Source: Welwitschia mirabilis (lineage: Eukaryota). From it: DNA of 62,871 nt. Location: positions 1,549,798-1,612,668 of the forward strand of contig JBOZIK010000001.1 in the NCBI GenBank assembly GCA_051453625.1, written 5' to 3'. The position numbers and the translations under genes are program-made. Under the pieces are notes generated by a model. It did no database searches and was not told the DNA's origin. It saw only the letters and a program-made list of their open reading frames with translations. The first letter of the stretch is position 1. Each line of letters opens with the position of its first letter. Shown here in pieces: positions 1-14,000 of this stretch.

Positions 1-849
1 GAAGGAAAGAATAAATTCAAGGGTTGTTTATATTAATTAAGGTTTTATTAGTACTTATTTTTCTTGAAAATAAAATTTTTTATTGTATATTGTGGCTATT
101 TGAAACTACTACGAAAAAGAAAATTTTTTTAATTATAATAGTTGTCTCTTACTTTAATACTCATTTTTATCTTAATAGGATAAGACTTTTTGCTCACTAG
201 ATTTTTTTCTTCATCATAATATTTGTTGCTTCAATATAGAAGGAAGATTCTTTATCGAGTATCTTGAATTATTAAAATGAATTTACCAATGTAATTATTA
301 TTTTAATCCATAATATACATTTGACTCTAAGAGAATATTGGTGACTAGCTATGCCTTAGGTAACACCTAGAGTATAATTATCCCTTTATAATTTTAAGTT
401 AAGGTATTTATTACTATTGAAAAACACTTGCAACAAGGAGAGTGCAATCATTATCAAAAGAATATAGATGCATAAGATTGTTCATGTGGATCATAACCAA
501 CTTATCCTTTGGTGGAGTTCTCACAGCTATCTTATTACACTGTCAAAGACCCCTCTTAGGAATATTTTCCTTAGTGTACTTATGATAGTACATTACTTTT
601 ATGCATATATGATTAGAATAATTGTGCCTACATTATATTTTTCATATATTTTGAATTACTCCCTCTATATATCCTCCTTTTTGAAGTTTTACTTTATATT
701 GAAAAGCTATCCATGTGTAAAAGTTCATAACACAAAAAGATAACTACTTTTCTTTTTTACAGAATAAGCCTTATTAGCATTGTTAACTAGACTTTTATAC
801 TAATACTTTTAGGGTAAAAATATTTTTTATCCTATAAGGTTACTCTAAT

Positions 850-3800
850 AATAGAGAAATCCTCTTAGTATAGGTTTTAATCTTATATCCATTAACTTGA
901 TAAGTTTTTTGTATTTCATCATTCAATATTTTCACTACCCCCTTAAGTAATATTTTTATGATAGTATAAGGAATGATTCATTTTGGATATATTTTTGTTT
1001 TATTTCTATATATTTGAGGTCAAATACTAACACCTCATCTCCTATTTGAAAGTTTTTTATATTTTATTATCGTGCCATATATTAAATTTTTGTTACACTA
1101 ACTCTTTCCTCATTATAGCTTCTCTTTTATCTTTCTCAAGCTTATTCATAATTTTAATCCATTTTTCTTATTCCTAAGGAATTTGATAATCTAATTATTT
1201 ATCTAATTTGTAAAATTCAATCTTTAATTTAATAGATAAAGTTGCTTTTTTTTCATAAACTAGTTTGTATAGGGAAAAACCTGTGCTACTTTTCCATGTT
1301 ATCTTATAGGCTTATAATGTTTCATCCAACTTTAAAGACCAATGTGTCCTTTTTGCATTAACACTTTTAGTTATGATGCTATTCAATTCTCTATTTATGA
1401 CTTTCACCTAATCATTAAATTTAGGATGATAAGTAATAAATTCTTGTAGTTAATCCCTAATTTGGAAAAAAAGTTTGTAAAGGTAAGGCTAGTGAAATAA
1501 GTTCCCTTATCATATGTAAGGCTTCTAAGCATGTCAAACCCATACAATATATTCTTTTGCAAAATATTGATAACAACTTTAATAGAACAAGTAAGAATAG
1601 CTTCTACCTATGCCTATTTGGTTAAGTTATCTACACATATCAATATATATTTCCTTCCATAATACTTGAGGTTGGTGGAACCAATAAAATCAATTTCCCA
1701 AATATCAAAAAGTTTAAGTTCTTAAATACATTGTTAAGGAATTTCCATAGTCTTAGACTAAGCTCCTTCTCTCTAATATTTGTCACAACTTTTCACATGC
1801 TTAAATGCATTCTTGAAAAGAGTAGACCAATAATATCCTGCACGTAATATTTTTATGATCATATTTCTTCCTCCATAATGGCCACCTCCTCTTTCTAAGT
1901 GAAATGTTTTCAAAATTGCATGTTAATTCCTTTCTTCTACATATATTTAAATGTTGTTATCCTTACATATCTTGAATAAGGTTTTATCATATTATAAGTA
2001 TTTCTTAGATTCTATTGGTAATATTTTCTTTTCTTAATAAGTTAGATGACAAGGAATTCTTTACTTATGAAGAAGTTAGATATGTATGCAGACCATGGGC
2101 TTGTTAAATTTCATTAAGATAGTCATCAAAAAAATCATTTATGATGTTACTTTATTTCACATCATATGAAAACTCTAACCTAGCTAAATGATTAGTGATC
2201 ACATTTTATACTTCCTTTTTGTTATGTTCAAATCGAATTCTTGCACAAGGAGAATCTATTTGTGTATCCTAGAGTTAGCTTCTTTTTTATTCATAAGAAA
2301 ATGTATGGAACTATGATTAGTATGGACTTTAAATTCATAGCCTAGAGTGTAATGCCTAGACATTTCTAATGCTATAATGATAGCTCGAATTTTTTTCCCT
2401 ATTACTATGTAATCTTATTGGGCTGAATTATGATTATTGCTAATATAGGAAATTGCATAGGATTTGTTATTGCCATCCTTCTATCCAAGGACTACTACTA
2501 TGAAAGTTTTATTCCACTTAGATTTTTCCAAAATAGAGGATTCAATAAGTTTATTCTTTAAAGTTTAAAAGATCTCTTGGCATTCTTAAGCCCACTAATA
2601 GGATATGTCCTAAGAAATATCACAACTCTTTTAATTTTATGGATGCTGATATTCCTTAGATAACCTTTATCTTTTTCCAATCTATCTCTATTCCTCTTGT
2701 AGAAATTCTAAGTCCTAAGATAATTACCTCTGTAACCATAAGATGGCCCTTAGACTAGCATAATTTTAAGGTCTTTTATTTATACCTGATTAGTATAGCT
2801 TTTAATCTTTTAAGAGCTTATTTAAAATTATTTCTAGAAGTTTAGAAATCATTTATAAATACTTTTAGTGATTTTTCAAGTGCATTTTAAAATAGACTAT
2901 TGACTAATCTTTGAAATGTAGTTGGGGCATTACATAGGCCAAAAGCTAGCACTTTAAGAGCATAGGTTTCTCACTTACAGGTGAAGTTAGTTTTTGGTTG
3001 ATCTTCAGTTACAATAAGAAATGGATTATACTCACTATACTCATCCAAAAAGTTGTAATATTAATAGCCTAAAATTCTTTCTAAGATTTGGTCAATAAAG
3101 GATAGAGGAAAATTATCTTTATAAGTGGAGGCATTTACCAACCTAAATTCTATACACACTCTTCATTTATTTTCCTTTTTAGGTACCACTTGTATAGGGC
3201 TAATCCATTCAAAATTAGATATAGAATAAATGAAACCTACTTTTAATAACCTTAACACTTGTGTTTAATAAATTCTGACATCTGCAGATTGCACCTCCTC
3301 TTTGGTTACCTAATAAGTTTAATTGTATTATCTAAATATAGTCTATGCTAACATATAATGGTGCTATTCCTATTATATTTGCATGGGTTCAACCAAAAGC
3401 TTTAGATCTTCTAGTGAGGGCTCTTGTAGTTTTTTCTTTTAAGAAAGAGTTAAGTTATCATTTGTAATAAGTGCTTTTTTTTTCTAATCTCTATGTCTTC
3501 TAATCCTTCCCATAGAGGTGGTTTTTCAATCTCCTTTTATTCATTTGTGGATTCTATGGTTAAAGAGCATTTTTCATCATCATTATCTTGTTCTTTATAC
3601 TTGTTAAATTGCTTACATCATAATCAAATCTGCATCTTCTTCCTTATTATTATTAATGAAATGTTTAATTTTAGCTTTAATTAATATCATGATTTATTGA
3701 ATGAGAGCCTTAAGGCCAATTTTCATAACTCACTTTCTTGAGTAAATGGTTGCATAAGCTATGTTCATCCATGATCTTCTCAGAATGATGGGATGGATAG

Positions 3801-4990
3801 TGCCATTGGTTTTCATTACCATTAAATCCCTTAAATATCCAAATACTTAGAGTTTAACAAAAATGTTTTCCATGATATCCTTAGGTTTAATTACTAATCC
3901 ATATACTAAATATACTCACTCTTAATAAAGTACCAGCTTTGAAGTTCCTAATTATTCTTAGATTTTATGAGAAATAACATTAATACTAGCTCCCAAGTAT
4001 ACTAATAATTCTATCTTATGAGCTCCCTCCATTGCAATCTCAGCAACTGGTATACCTGGATCACTACATTTTTCAATCTAATTTAGTTGTAAAGCTTGAG
4101 TGATATCCTAAATACTTAGCCCTTTTATCCTTCTTTAATTTTGACTCTTTGCTTTCCTCTTTCTTACTTTGTTTCTTTCTCTTTCTACTTTTACAAAGAT
4201 CCTTCCTTTGCTTCCAATAAAGAGGAACATCCTTTAATATTTTAATTAAGGGAAAGGAAATGGTGGTTTCTTTAAGTACCTTAGTAAAATATTCTATATC
4301 TTTTTATTCTTTTCTCCTAAGATGCTTTATCATCTTACTTCTTATTGGAAAAGCAAATGTACTCTCTTTTGTTTCCTTATTTTCACATGAATTTTTTATT
4401 AACTACTCTTAAGGGATTAGTTTCTTTGACCTTGTCCTAATAACTTGCCTCTTTAGGGCTTGGTTGAGGTTAGGCTAGGATAGTAAGTTCTTTAGGTTTC
4501 TTTCCTTTATCATAATTAGGATGACTAATGTCCCCTTCATGATTTATCCAATTTTTATAATAATCATATTGTTGTTGCCTTTTTTAATGGATAAACCTTT
4601 GCATAGTATTTTCTCTACTATTCTTCTACTTGCTTTTTGATATGAGTAAGATTTCTTTCTTGCATGGAGTGAATTATTTGGATTATAGTTAGTTCCGTTA
4701 ATGTCTAACCATTTTAGAAAACTTTACATCTAAGGATAATCTTTTATCTAATGGTTATCCTCATTATCTTACTTACAAGTCTCTTGTTCTTCCTCCTAAT
4801 TTAACCTATTTAATTCCTCTGTTAAACCTCTATTTTTATATTGGTTTCTTTAAATAATTTTTTATATTTCATTTCTTCTTTGGAATCATCCTAAATCTCA
4901 TGTACCTTTTTCCTCCCCTTCCCATCACTCTGATTTTATCAATGGCTTATTCTATATAATTTGTCAATACCTTCTGTTATTTCTTGAGTA
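850..4990 (-). mobile_element. Element A: degenerate Ty3/gypsy (Athila-like, non-chromovirus) gag-pol relic, order gag-PR-RT-RH-INT
   Basis: Minus-strand translations: PR CSDPGIP...LLVYLGASIN (~3980-4070); RT EWISPIQVVP (~3190), KDNFPLSFID (~3100), FLDEYSEYN (~3030), AFGLCNAPTTF (~2930), VFINDF (~2850); RH ILLVQEFDL (~2240); INT GGGHYGGR..ILRAGYYW (~1840-1890), LFDIWEIDFIG (~1690). Many stops and frameshifts; ends at gap 4991-5090. Confidence 0.93.
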
Positions 4991-5695
4991 NNNNNNNNNN
5001 NNNNNNNNNNNNNNNNNNNNNNNNNNNNNNNNNNNNNNNNNNNNNNNNNNNNNNNNNNNNNNNNNNNNNNNNNNNNNNNNNNNNNNNNNNTTTTTCCTAA
5101 AACTAACTTACATTAGATTGATTATACATCATACTGGATTAATTAAGTTGTAACTAAGAGACTTACCTCTTAGTTACCCATAGGAGTAACATCAAGTAAA
5201 CTATGTAATGATAGCTTACCTGACTAATACCATATCCAATCTTAAGGTTAATTAGAAATCTCACTTAGGATTACATCAAAGAAGTGTGCAGGTTGTAGTT
5301 GAGTAGTTGGTTGCATCAACAACTAAGAAACCACGTTTACGAGATCCTCATCTAGAGGAGTTTAGTTCACATATAGTTCTATCTTGGACCTTTTTCTAAT
5401 TTCCACCAATATACATGAGTGTAAGATAGATCAAAGTGGTCCATATTAGTGGGCTTGTGGTAATCCTAGACATGAAAGAATGCAAGGAATAATGCAAGAA
5501 CTTAATATTTGAACCAACATCTATAGATATCACACACAAATATATGTACGTATGCAAAGTAGCTATATGTAAAAGTATAGGAAGCATCTGATCAAGAACT
5601 CTCAATATTATAATATCCAATCTTATTAAGGAATTCTAATGTATTAATGATGATAATACATATGTATATTAATATAAATCAGATATATGAGTACC

Positions 5696-5698
<3 letters not shown>

Positions 5699-5787
<89 letters not shown>

Positions 5788-5816
5788 TATGTATGGGGGT
5801 GTGTGTGTGTGTGTGT
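5699..5816. repeat. (GA)n microsatellite followed by short (GT)n
   Basis: Directly visible; explains spurious ORF 5647-5829 (ERERER). Confidence 0.98.
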
Positions 5817-7143
5817 ATTGAATCCTTGAAGTGGTCACCTAGCCATAATCATCCATTAGTAACCACATTCACTAAGCTCAATAGACCCCTCATATCACCC
5901 CAGCATCTTAGTAAGAGTCAATGGAAGGGATATATTATAATAGAACATTATTATTATAAGCTTATGTATAAATATGATTGATGCATATACATACATACAT
6001 ACATACATACACACACACATGTATTTGATAGGGTACCTCATGGCTACTTCTTTCACAACGTAATATAATGAATATAGATATATGTAAATGCATAAAATGC
6101 CAAAAGAAATAGCCCATATGCCACTGATTAAATCACTAGTCTCAATAGACTTAACACAATAATAGTTAAAGGATAAAAAAACTAAATAAATGATTAATTA
6201 TTTAATGAAAATTATAGAATAATAATTAATATCATTTTGTATATAAAATAGCAAGTAAATACTTGAACATTTAATTGATATGTATGAACATGTAAGAAAA
6301 TACATTTAATGACACATACCTAGAATGAATTAAGGCCTACTAGAAGCAACTGTACTCTTTAAAAAACACGAAAACTTGCATCATTGTATACTATACTATA
6401 CTATGCATAGTATAACTACATTAGATCATATTTAAAGGAACATGATTGTTAATAAATACATCCTAGGATGTCATTATAATATTATGAATTTTTGCATAGA
6501 ATATGAAGATAGGAAAACATGACATATACTCTATCTAAGGAATATATATCTCAAAAACCACTGTATTGCATTTATTCCTAATGTTCAATTTAAGGGTAGA
6601 CCTCCCATATTAAAAGACTAGTATGTATATCAAAGGCTATCTATTGTGATTATTGTCCCTCTAGTTTAATAAAATAAACCATTTCATTACATATAATTAT
6701 ATTTCAATATGTGTATTATGTAGCATTAATAATGCATATTTTTCAACATAAGTATAATAGCATAAACATATTATACATAACCTAATTTGTATAGAATCCT
6801 ATATTTAACTCTTAAAACTAAAACATGTTGAAGCATGATAATATGAATAATGTGGTAGTCTAACAAGTGGTTACTCCTCCTTCATTTAAGGGATCATGAA
6901 TTATAACTTTTAGATGTTGTGGTTGATAGATCATGAGGTCTTAAGAATAGTTAATGGTATTTCATTGAGTGGTCATGATAGTTGTACTTTAAGGAGAAGG
7001 TACAAATACGAAAATATTGGGTTTGACATCCTTAGCACCTTCAATACATTTTAAGGTAATAGTTAAATACATCTACTCTTTATAGTATAAATATAATATT
7101 ATGCACACGAGACAACATACTATATTATAAAACAATATCATAC

Positions 7144-7730
7144 ATATAATATAATATAAGACAACATAATATAATATAATATAATATAATATAATATAAT
7201 ATAATATAATATAATATAATATAATATAATNNNNNNNNNNNNNNNNNNNNNNNNNNNNNNNNNNNNNNNNNNNNNNNNNNNNNNNNNNNNNNNNNNNNNN
7301 NNNNNNNNNNNNNNNNNNNNNNNNNNNNNNNNNNNNNNNNNNNNNNNNNNNNNNNNNNNNNNNNNNNNNNNNNNNNNNNNNNNNNNNNNNNNNNNNNNNN
7401 NNNNNNNNNNNNNNNNNNNNNNNNNNNNNNNNNNNNNNNNNNNNNNNNNNNNNNNNNNNNNNNNNNNNNNNNNNNNNNNNNNNNNNNNNNNNNNNNNNNN
7501 NNNNNNNNNNNNNNNNNNNNNNNNNNNNNNNNNNNNNNNNNNNNNNNNNNNNNNNNNNNNNNNNNNNNNNNNNNNNNNNNNNNNNNNNNNNNNNNNNNNN
7601 NNNNNNNNNNNNNNNNNNNNNNNNNNNNNNNNNNNNNNNNNNNNNNNNNNNNNNNNNNNNNNNNNNNNNNNNNNNNNNNTAATATAATATAATATAATAT
7701 AATATAATATAATATAATATAATATAATAT
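7144..7730. repeat. (ATATA)n pentanucleotide microsatellite spanning an assembly gap
   Basis: Perfect ataat units on both sides of gap 7231-7679. Confidence 0.97.
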
Positions 7731-10700
7731 ATATGTATTTAATGTAGTATAATAATATAATATTAATAGATAAAAACATAAGAATAAACAATTGGTGTAC
7801 ACCTATACAATGTATTAACCGTTAATTCCTATAAGTAGCTAAGAAAAACATTTTATTAGAACAAATGCAATAATAACATTACCTAAGGAATCCATCAGAA
7901 AGTATAAAAGGAGGAGTCTCATATTAATTCTTAGAACTATATAAAACTATAAAATAAAATAATTTAGAGGTTCATAAATGAGAGAAAATAAGGGATTGGT
8001 ACTATAAGCATTAAAAAGATCTAGATAATAATCATTACTATAAAATAAATACAAAACACTGATGCCTTTTGATACACTTATCAATAACTAAAAATTATCA
8101 TAATAAACATAAATGTTAAATAATTTTAAAATAATGGATGAAAAACTAATTCTACATTCTATTTAAAGTAATGATTAGAAAATGACTCACTAATTACTAA
8201 CAAATAACTAGATCTAGTTAATTACTTATCATTATTTTCATGTAAAATAAAATTTATGCCCTCTCTAATATTTCTAAAGCTCATCAAAACCATTATGAAG
8301 GTATTATAATTTAGCGTAAATTCATCCATTTTTACAATTTAATTTGTTTTTATTTTTATTTCTAATCAATGCGTGGGGACTAAATATGGGTAATGCCAAG
8401 AAAATTAAATTTGTTTAACTTATTTGTATTCTAGCCATCAATTTGTTTATATCACATATATTCATGTCCTTCCATGTGATATCCATGTCTTACAAAACAT
8501 TAAAATAAATTCATATTAAATTAAATAACCCATCATCATAAACAAACATGTAGACTACATTTTAAGACTTGTTCGTGTGATATAAATTATTCATGCTAAT
8601 GGAATTTGATTTTTATGTGTAAATAATTAATGATGTGGAATTAGATATGTTGTTTTCATGATACCTCCATGAATCATAAGTAATACCTACATGCTTTGTC
8701 ATACAAGTGTTACATTACATATTATCTATATGATACCAGAGATTTTACAACATGTTATGAATCATCCAATACTCTTTTATCAACAAANNNNNNNNNNATT
8801 TAAAATTTTAAATGATCAAATGTTAAAATAAACATCCCAAGAACAATGTATGCCACTGCATAACAAAGACACATAATTATTGTGAAAAACCAAATTCCTT
8901 TAGGATGAATGCTAGAAAGACATTAAAATATTGTAAGACTTATTAGGAAGTAACATGTAATTTTGTGTGTCTTCACTTAATGCCTATCTATATTAGCTAG
9001 AAAGTGGAAAATACTTCAAGTACTCTTTAGGTTCTAAAAGCCTAGAGTTCATGAGATTTAAATTATTACATAAATAATTATAGGACATGGGTTCCAATTA
9101 AAGTAACTCCATTATTGAAAGTACTCATTGGTAAATGAAGTAAACTACTTGAGTTCTTTAACATACCCTATATTAAACAATGTACATGTTTCATGGAGAT
9201 AATAATTATCCCTAAAATCAGAAAAAGATAAAGAAATAATCTAGTGGAAAAATGAAATACCAAGATATAAAAAAGTATAAGTATGTGATAGTTCATACAT
9301 TTAAAGAGGAGGATTGCTCAGAATTAGAGCTGGGATATAGCTACTTAATTATTCTTCCATTTAGTGAATCACATCTTAAGAGTGTTGGTTTCATGCGAAT
9401 CATATGCATAAGCTCTTTTCTTCCAAATAAATAACAAAGAATGATATTAAATATTGGTAGATAAATCTGAAGGAGACTTTGTATCTTTGATGGAAATGAA
9501 AATGTGTAAATTGATAACCATTCTTTTTTTTATTTGGATTTTGTTTGTCTTTTCTACATCTTTAAAGGTTGTATCTAGAAAAAGAGCATCATTTGATTTG
9601 ACCTTTATAGAAGAATAATGTATAATGTGAATTTAAGTTTGCATTGGTAGAAGGATAATGCATGACATGGTTCTGAATGCACATTGGCTTGATCCATGTA
9701 TGATATGGAGAGTAGGATACCCCCAAACTCAAGGCTAGCTTCATCTCCTTCACAAGCAACAATGCGCTAAGCCTCTACTTCAAATCCAATCCTTTCATTT
9801 CAAATTACAAGTATAGTAAGTAAGTAATTGAGCCATTGAAGAATTTGGTCCACTTGATTATCATCAGACCCCTCACCTACCTTAAGCCCAAGAGTTCATT
9901 AAAAAACAAACTCTTAGCATATTTAGTGTCTTTCCTTGTGAAAAATCCTACGAATTAGGGTCTTTTAACCATACATAAAATATTATCAAATAGATTCCAA
10001 ATTGTATGCTAGATTTATGATTTCTTTTTGTAATAGCTTTGCTTGGCTTCCAAATGATACATATAATACCAATTCTACATGTTATAGATATTGATATGGT
10101 TTGACTTTTTTAAATTCTTTTTTAAAGAGAGAAGAGTAAAAGATAGGTTAAAACTACTCTAGTTTTTCTTCTGTGTAAAATATGTTTCCTTCTTAAATAA
10201 CTACTCCTCTATTTTAGTAAAGGTATTGAGGATGCAACCACAGTACTTGAGAAGATGCAAGCACAATTCACTAAATGATTCATAGGATGCACTATTGATA
10301 AAATTGGCAAAAAAGACCTTGGATTTAAAGGAGGTAGCCCTAGCACATTGATGCTACATTATAGATACCTAATGGACATCTTAAGATCTTTAGAGAGGGT
10401 GGAAGCATAAAGCATCAGGTACAAAAATAAAGCCAATGATACAAGGAAACATAAAAGGAATATTGAACTTTAGAGATACATTGAAGAAGAAAGTGAATAA
10501 TAAATTAGTATGATGATAAAAATTGGAATAGACTACAAATCTTAGCATTATTAAGAAGTGAGAGATCAAATTCATTTTTTAAAAATTCCATTTTGACGCC
10601 TACCTAAGAAGACATTTTGTCTAGTAGGATTTGTAATCGTCTTTAACACTGGATTATACTTTCTCTTCATCCATCAGTAAGTCGTTCTTCCATCAACATG

Positions 10701-10876
10701 ATAACCAATCCAAAGATCTGGGTCTTGTTATTTTAATAATTTTCTTCCTTCTTTGACTAATTGTGTGGCATACAGGGCTCCATCATGCCACCTAATTATA
10801 GCTCAAAAAGTAAGGGTAAAAGTTGAAAACCCAAGGCCACTACATTCATATGACATTAAAAAGGTAGGACATTACA

Positions 10877-10912
10877 TTCTCCTCCCTTAAAGAAGTTTCT
10901 ATCCCTGGAAAC
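10877..10912 (-). promoter_or_regulatory. Polypurine tract with Tekay/Del-type upstream motif
   Basis: Minus strand reads GTTTCCAGGGATAGAAACTTCTTTAAGGGAGGAGAA|TGTAAT, resembling the TTTCGAGGACGAAA...TAAGGGGGGGAGAA|TGTAA junction typical of Tekay/Del chromoviruses. Confidence 0.8.
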
Positions 10913-11039
10913 TACCTAAGACATTGCATATTATAGCAATAACCATGATTAAATAATTTAAGTAATGGATCCAAATCTAAGCTTTAATATTAAAAGTAAT
11001 GAAATAGTTTTGGGGTTGGACTTAAAAGCATAATTTATT

Positions 11040-14000
11040 TTTGTTTTAAAGTAAATTATATTACATTGATTAAACATCATAGTGAATTAAAAAGATTATG
11101 AGTGAGAGAGTTACCACTCAGTTACCGACATGATTCATGTCAAGTGAACTATGTTGACTAATATCATAACTAATCTTAAGGTTAATTAAAAATCTTACTT
11201 AGGAGCACATAAAAGAAGTGCGTAGGTTGTGATTAAGTGATTGTTTGCACTAATAGCTAAGCAATCATGCCTATGTAATCCTCATTTAGAGGAGTTTAGA
11301 CCACATATAGTTTTATCTTAGACCTTATTCTAATCTTCATCAATACACATAAATGTAAGATAGATTAAAGTGGTCTATATTAGTGGGCATTTGGTAAACC
11401 TAGGAATGAAAGAATGCAAGGAATAATACAAGAGCTTAATATTCAAATTAACATCTATAGATATCACACACAAATGTATATACATATGCATAGTAGCTAA
11501 ATGTAAAAGTATAGAAGAAAGTCGGACAAGAACTCCTTAGGTTATGACANNNNNNNNNNNNNNNNNNNNNNNNNNNNNNNNNNNNNNNNNNNNNNNNNNN
11601 NNNNNNNNNNNNNNNNNNNNNNNNNNNNNNNNNNNNNNNNNNNNNNNNNACAAATGTATATACATATGCATAGTAGCTAAATGTAAAAGTATAGGAGAAA
11701 GTCGGATAAGAACTCCTTAGGTTATGACATTCAATTCTATTAAGGAGTTATAATGCATGAATGATGATAATACATATGTACATTAATATAAATTATATAT
11801 ATGGGTACCTGAGTATGTGTGTGTATGTGTGTATATATGTGTATATATATATATCCTCAAAATGATCACTTGGATATAATCATCCATTAGTGACCACATC
11901 CAGCATGCTCAAGAAACCCATTATATCTTTCTAGCATCTTAGTAAGAGCCAATGGAAGGGATATATCATAATAGAATATCACTATAGTAAACTTATGCAG
12001 AAATATGATTAATGCATACACAGACATACACACATACATGCACATGCACCATTTTAGTAGGGTACCTCACAGCTGCTTCTTTCATACTAGAATATAATCA
12101 ATCTAGGTGTATATTAGTGTATAAAATTTCAAAAGAAATAACCCATATTCCATTAATTAAATCACTAGTCTCAATAGAATAAACATGATAAAAGTTAAAA
12201 GATAAAGACAACTAAATAAATACTTGACTATTCAATGAGCATTATGAAATAATAACTAATATCATTTTATGTATAAGATAGGAAATAACTACTTGAACAT
12301 TCAATCCATATGTATGAACATGCAATAAAATATAGTTAACAATACATACCTGGAATGCATTAAGGCATTCTAAAAGCAACTATAATCTTTCAGATCATGC
12401 TAAACCTACATCATTGTATACTATACTATGCATACTATAACTGCATTAAAGCATACTAAAAGCAACCTAATTATTAATATATACATTTGACAATATCATT
12501 GTAATATTATGGAATACACTTTATTCAAGGAACATATAATCTTAAAAACCACTATATCACATTTATTCCTAATGTTTAACCTAAAGGTAGACTTCTCATA
12601 TTAAAAGACTAGTATGTGTATCAAAAGCTATTAGTCAAAATTATTTTCTCTTTATTTTAATACCTTAAGATATTTTATTATGTATAATTATATTTTAATA
12701 TGTATATCATATAGCATTAATACTACACATTTTTTAACATAAATACAATAATATAAACATATCAGACATAATCTAATTTATATAAAATCTTACATTTAAC
12801 TCTTAAAAATAAAAGATGTTTAAGAATGATAGTATGAATAATATGGTAATATAAAAAGTATTTACTTCTCCTTCGTTTAAGGGGTTATCGATTAGAATTT
12901 TAGATGTTATATTTAATACACCATGGGGCCTTAAGCATAATTAACATTATTTGATTGAGTGGTCAATGTCGTTGTACTTTGAGGCAAAGATACAAATATT
13001 AAAATGTTGCATTTGAAATCCTTCTATCTTGAATACATTTTAAGATAATAGTTAAACACATGTATGCTTTATAATATAATAGTAATATTATACACATGAG
13101 ATAATATACTTTATTATAATACAATGTTATGAATATAATATAATATAATAGAACATAATATAATATGATATAATATAATTTATAATAATATTATGTCATA
13201 TAATACATATGTTTGAATGTAGTATAATAATATAATATTAATAAATTAAAACATAAGAATAAATAATTGGTCTACACCTATGTAATGTATTAACTATGAA
13301 TATCTAAAATTTAATATAAATTAATTTCTATAAGTAGTAAACAAAAATATTTTATTGGGGAGAAACAATAACAACATTATTTAAGGTATTATCAAAACCA
13401 TTATGAAGGTATTATAGTTGCACAAACATATCCATTTTCACAATTTAATTTGTTTTTATTTTATTCCTAATGAATGCTTGGGGATTAAATATGGGTAATG
13501 CTTAGAGAATTAAATATATTTAATTCAATTATATTTTATCCATCAATTTTTTTATATCACATGTGTTCATTCCCTTTCATGTGATATCCATGTCTTACAA
13601 AATATTAAAATAAATTCATATTATATTAGGTGACTAATATTGTAAAGAAACATGTAGGCCACATTAGAAGACCTATTAATATGATATAAATTATTCATGC
13701 TAATGGAATTTGATTTTTTATGTGCAAATAATTAACAATGTAAAATTAGATATGTTGTTTTACTGGTACCTCCATGAATTATGAGTAATACATGCTTTAT
13801 TGTACAAGTGTTACATTACATATTATCTATATGATACCAAGGATTTTACTATATATTATGAATCATCCAATACCCTTTTATCTAAAAATAAAAATAAATT
13901 TAAAAGTTTTAATAATCAAATGTTAAAATAAACATAAAAAAATAATGCATGCCATGACATAGTAAAGGCATATAATTATTATGCAAAACTAAATTCCTTT

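Larger units (their letters stand above)
5091..10876 (-). repeat. Repeat B copy 1: ~5.8 kb LTR-like direct repeat (3' LTR position of a Tekay/Del-like element)
   Basis: Colinear with 11040-15956 along its length (e.g. 5221 tgactaataccatatccaatcttaaggttaatt vs 11155 tgactaatatcataactaatcttaaggttaatt). Minus-strand start TGTAATGTCC directly follows a PPT. Left end lost in the gap. Confidence 0.8.

Noticed and set aside
7125..7802. Long ORFs in the supplied track (also 52358-52933, 55192-55587, 57746-58246)
   Set aside because: Their length comes from N-runs or microsatellites.
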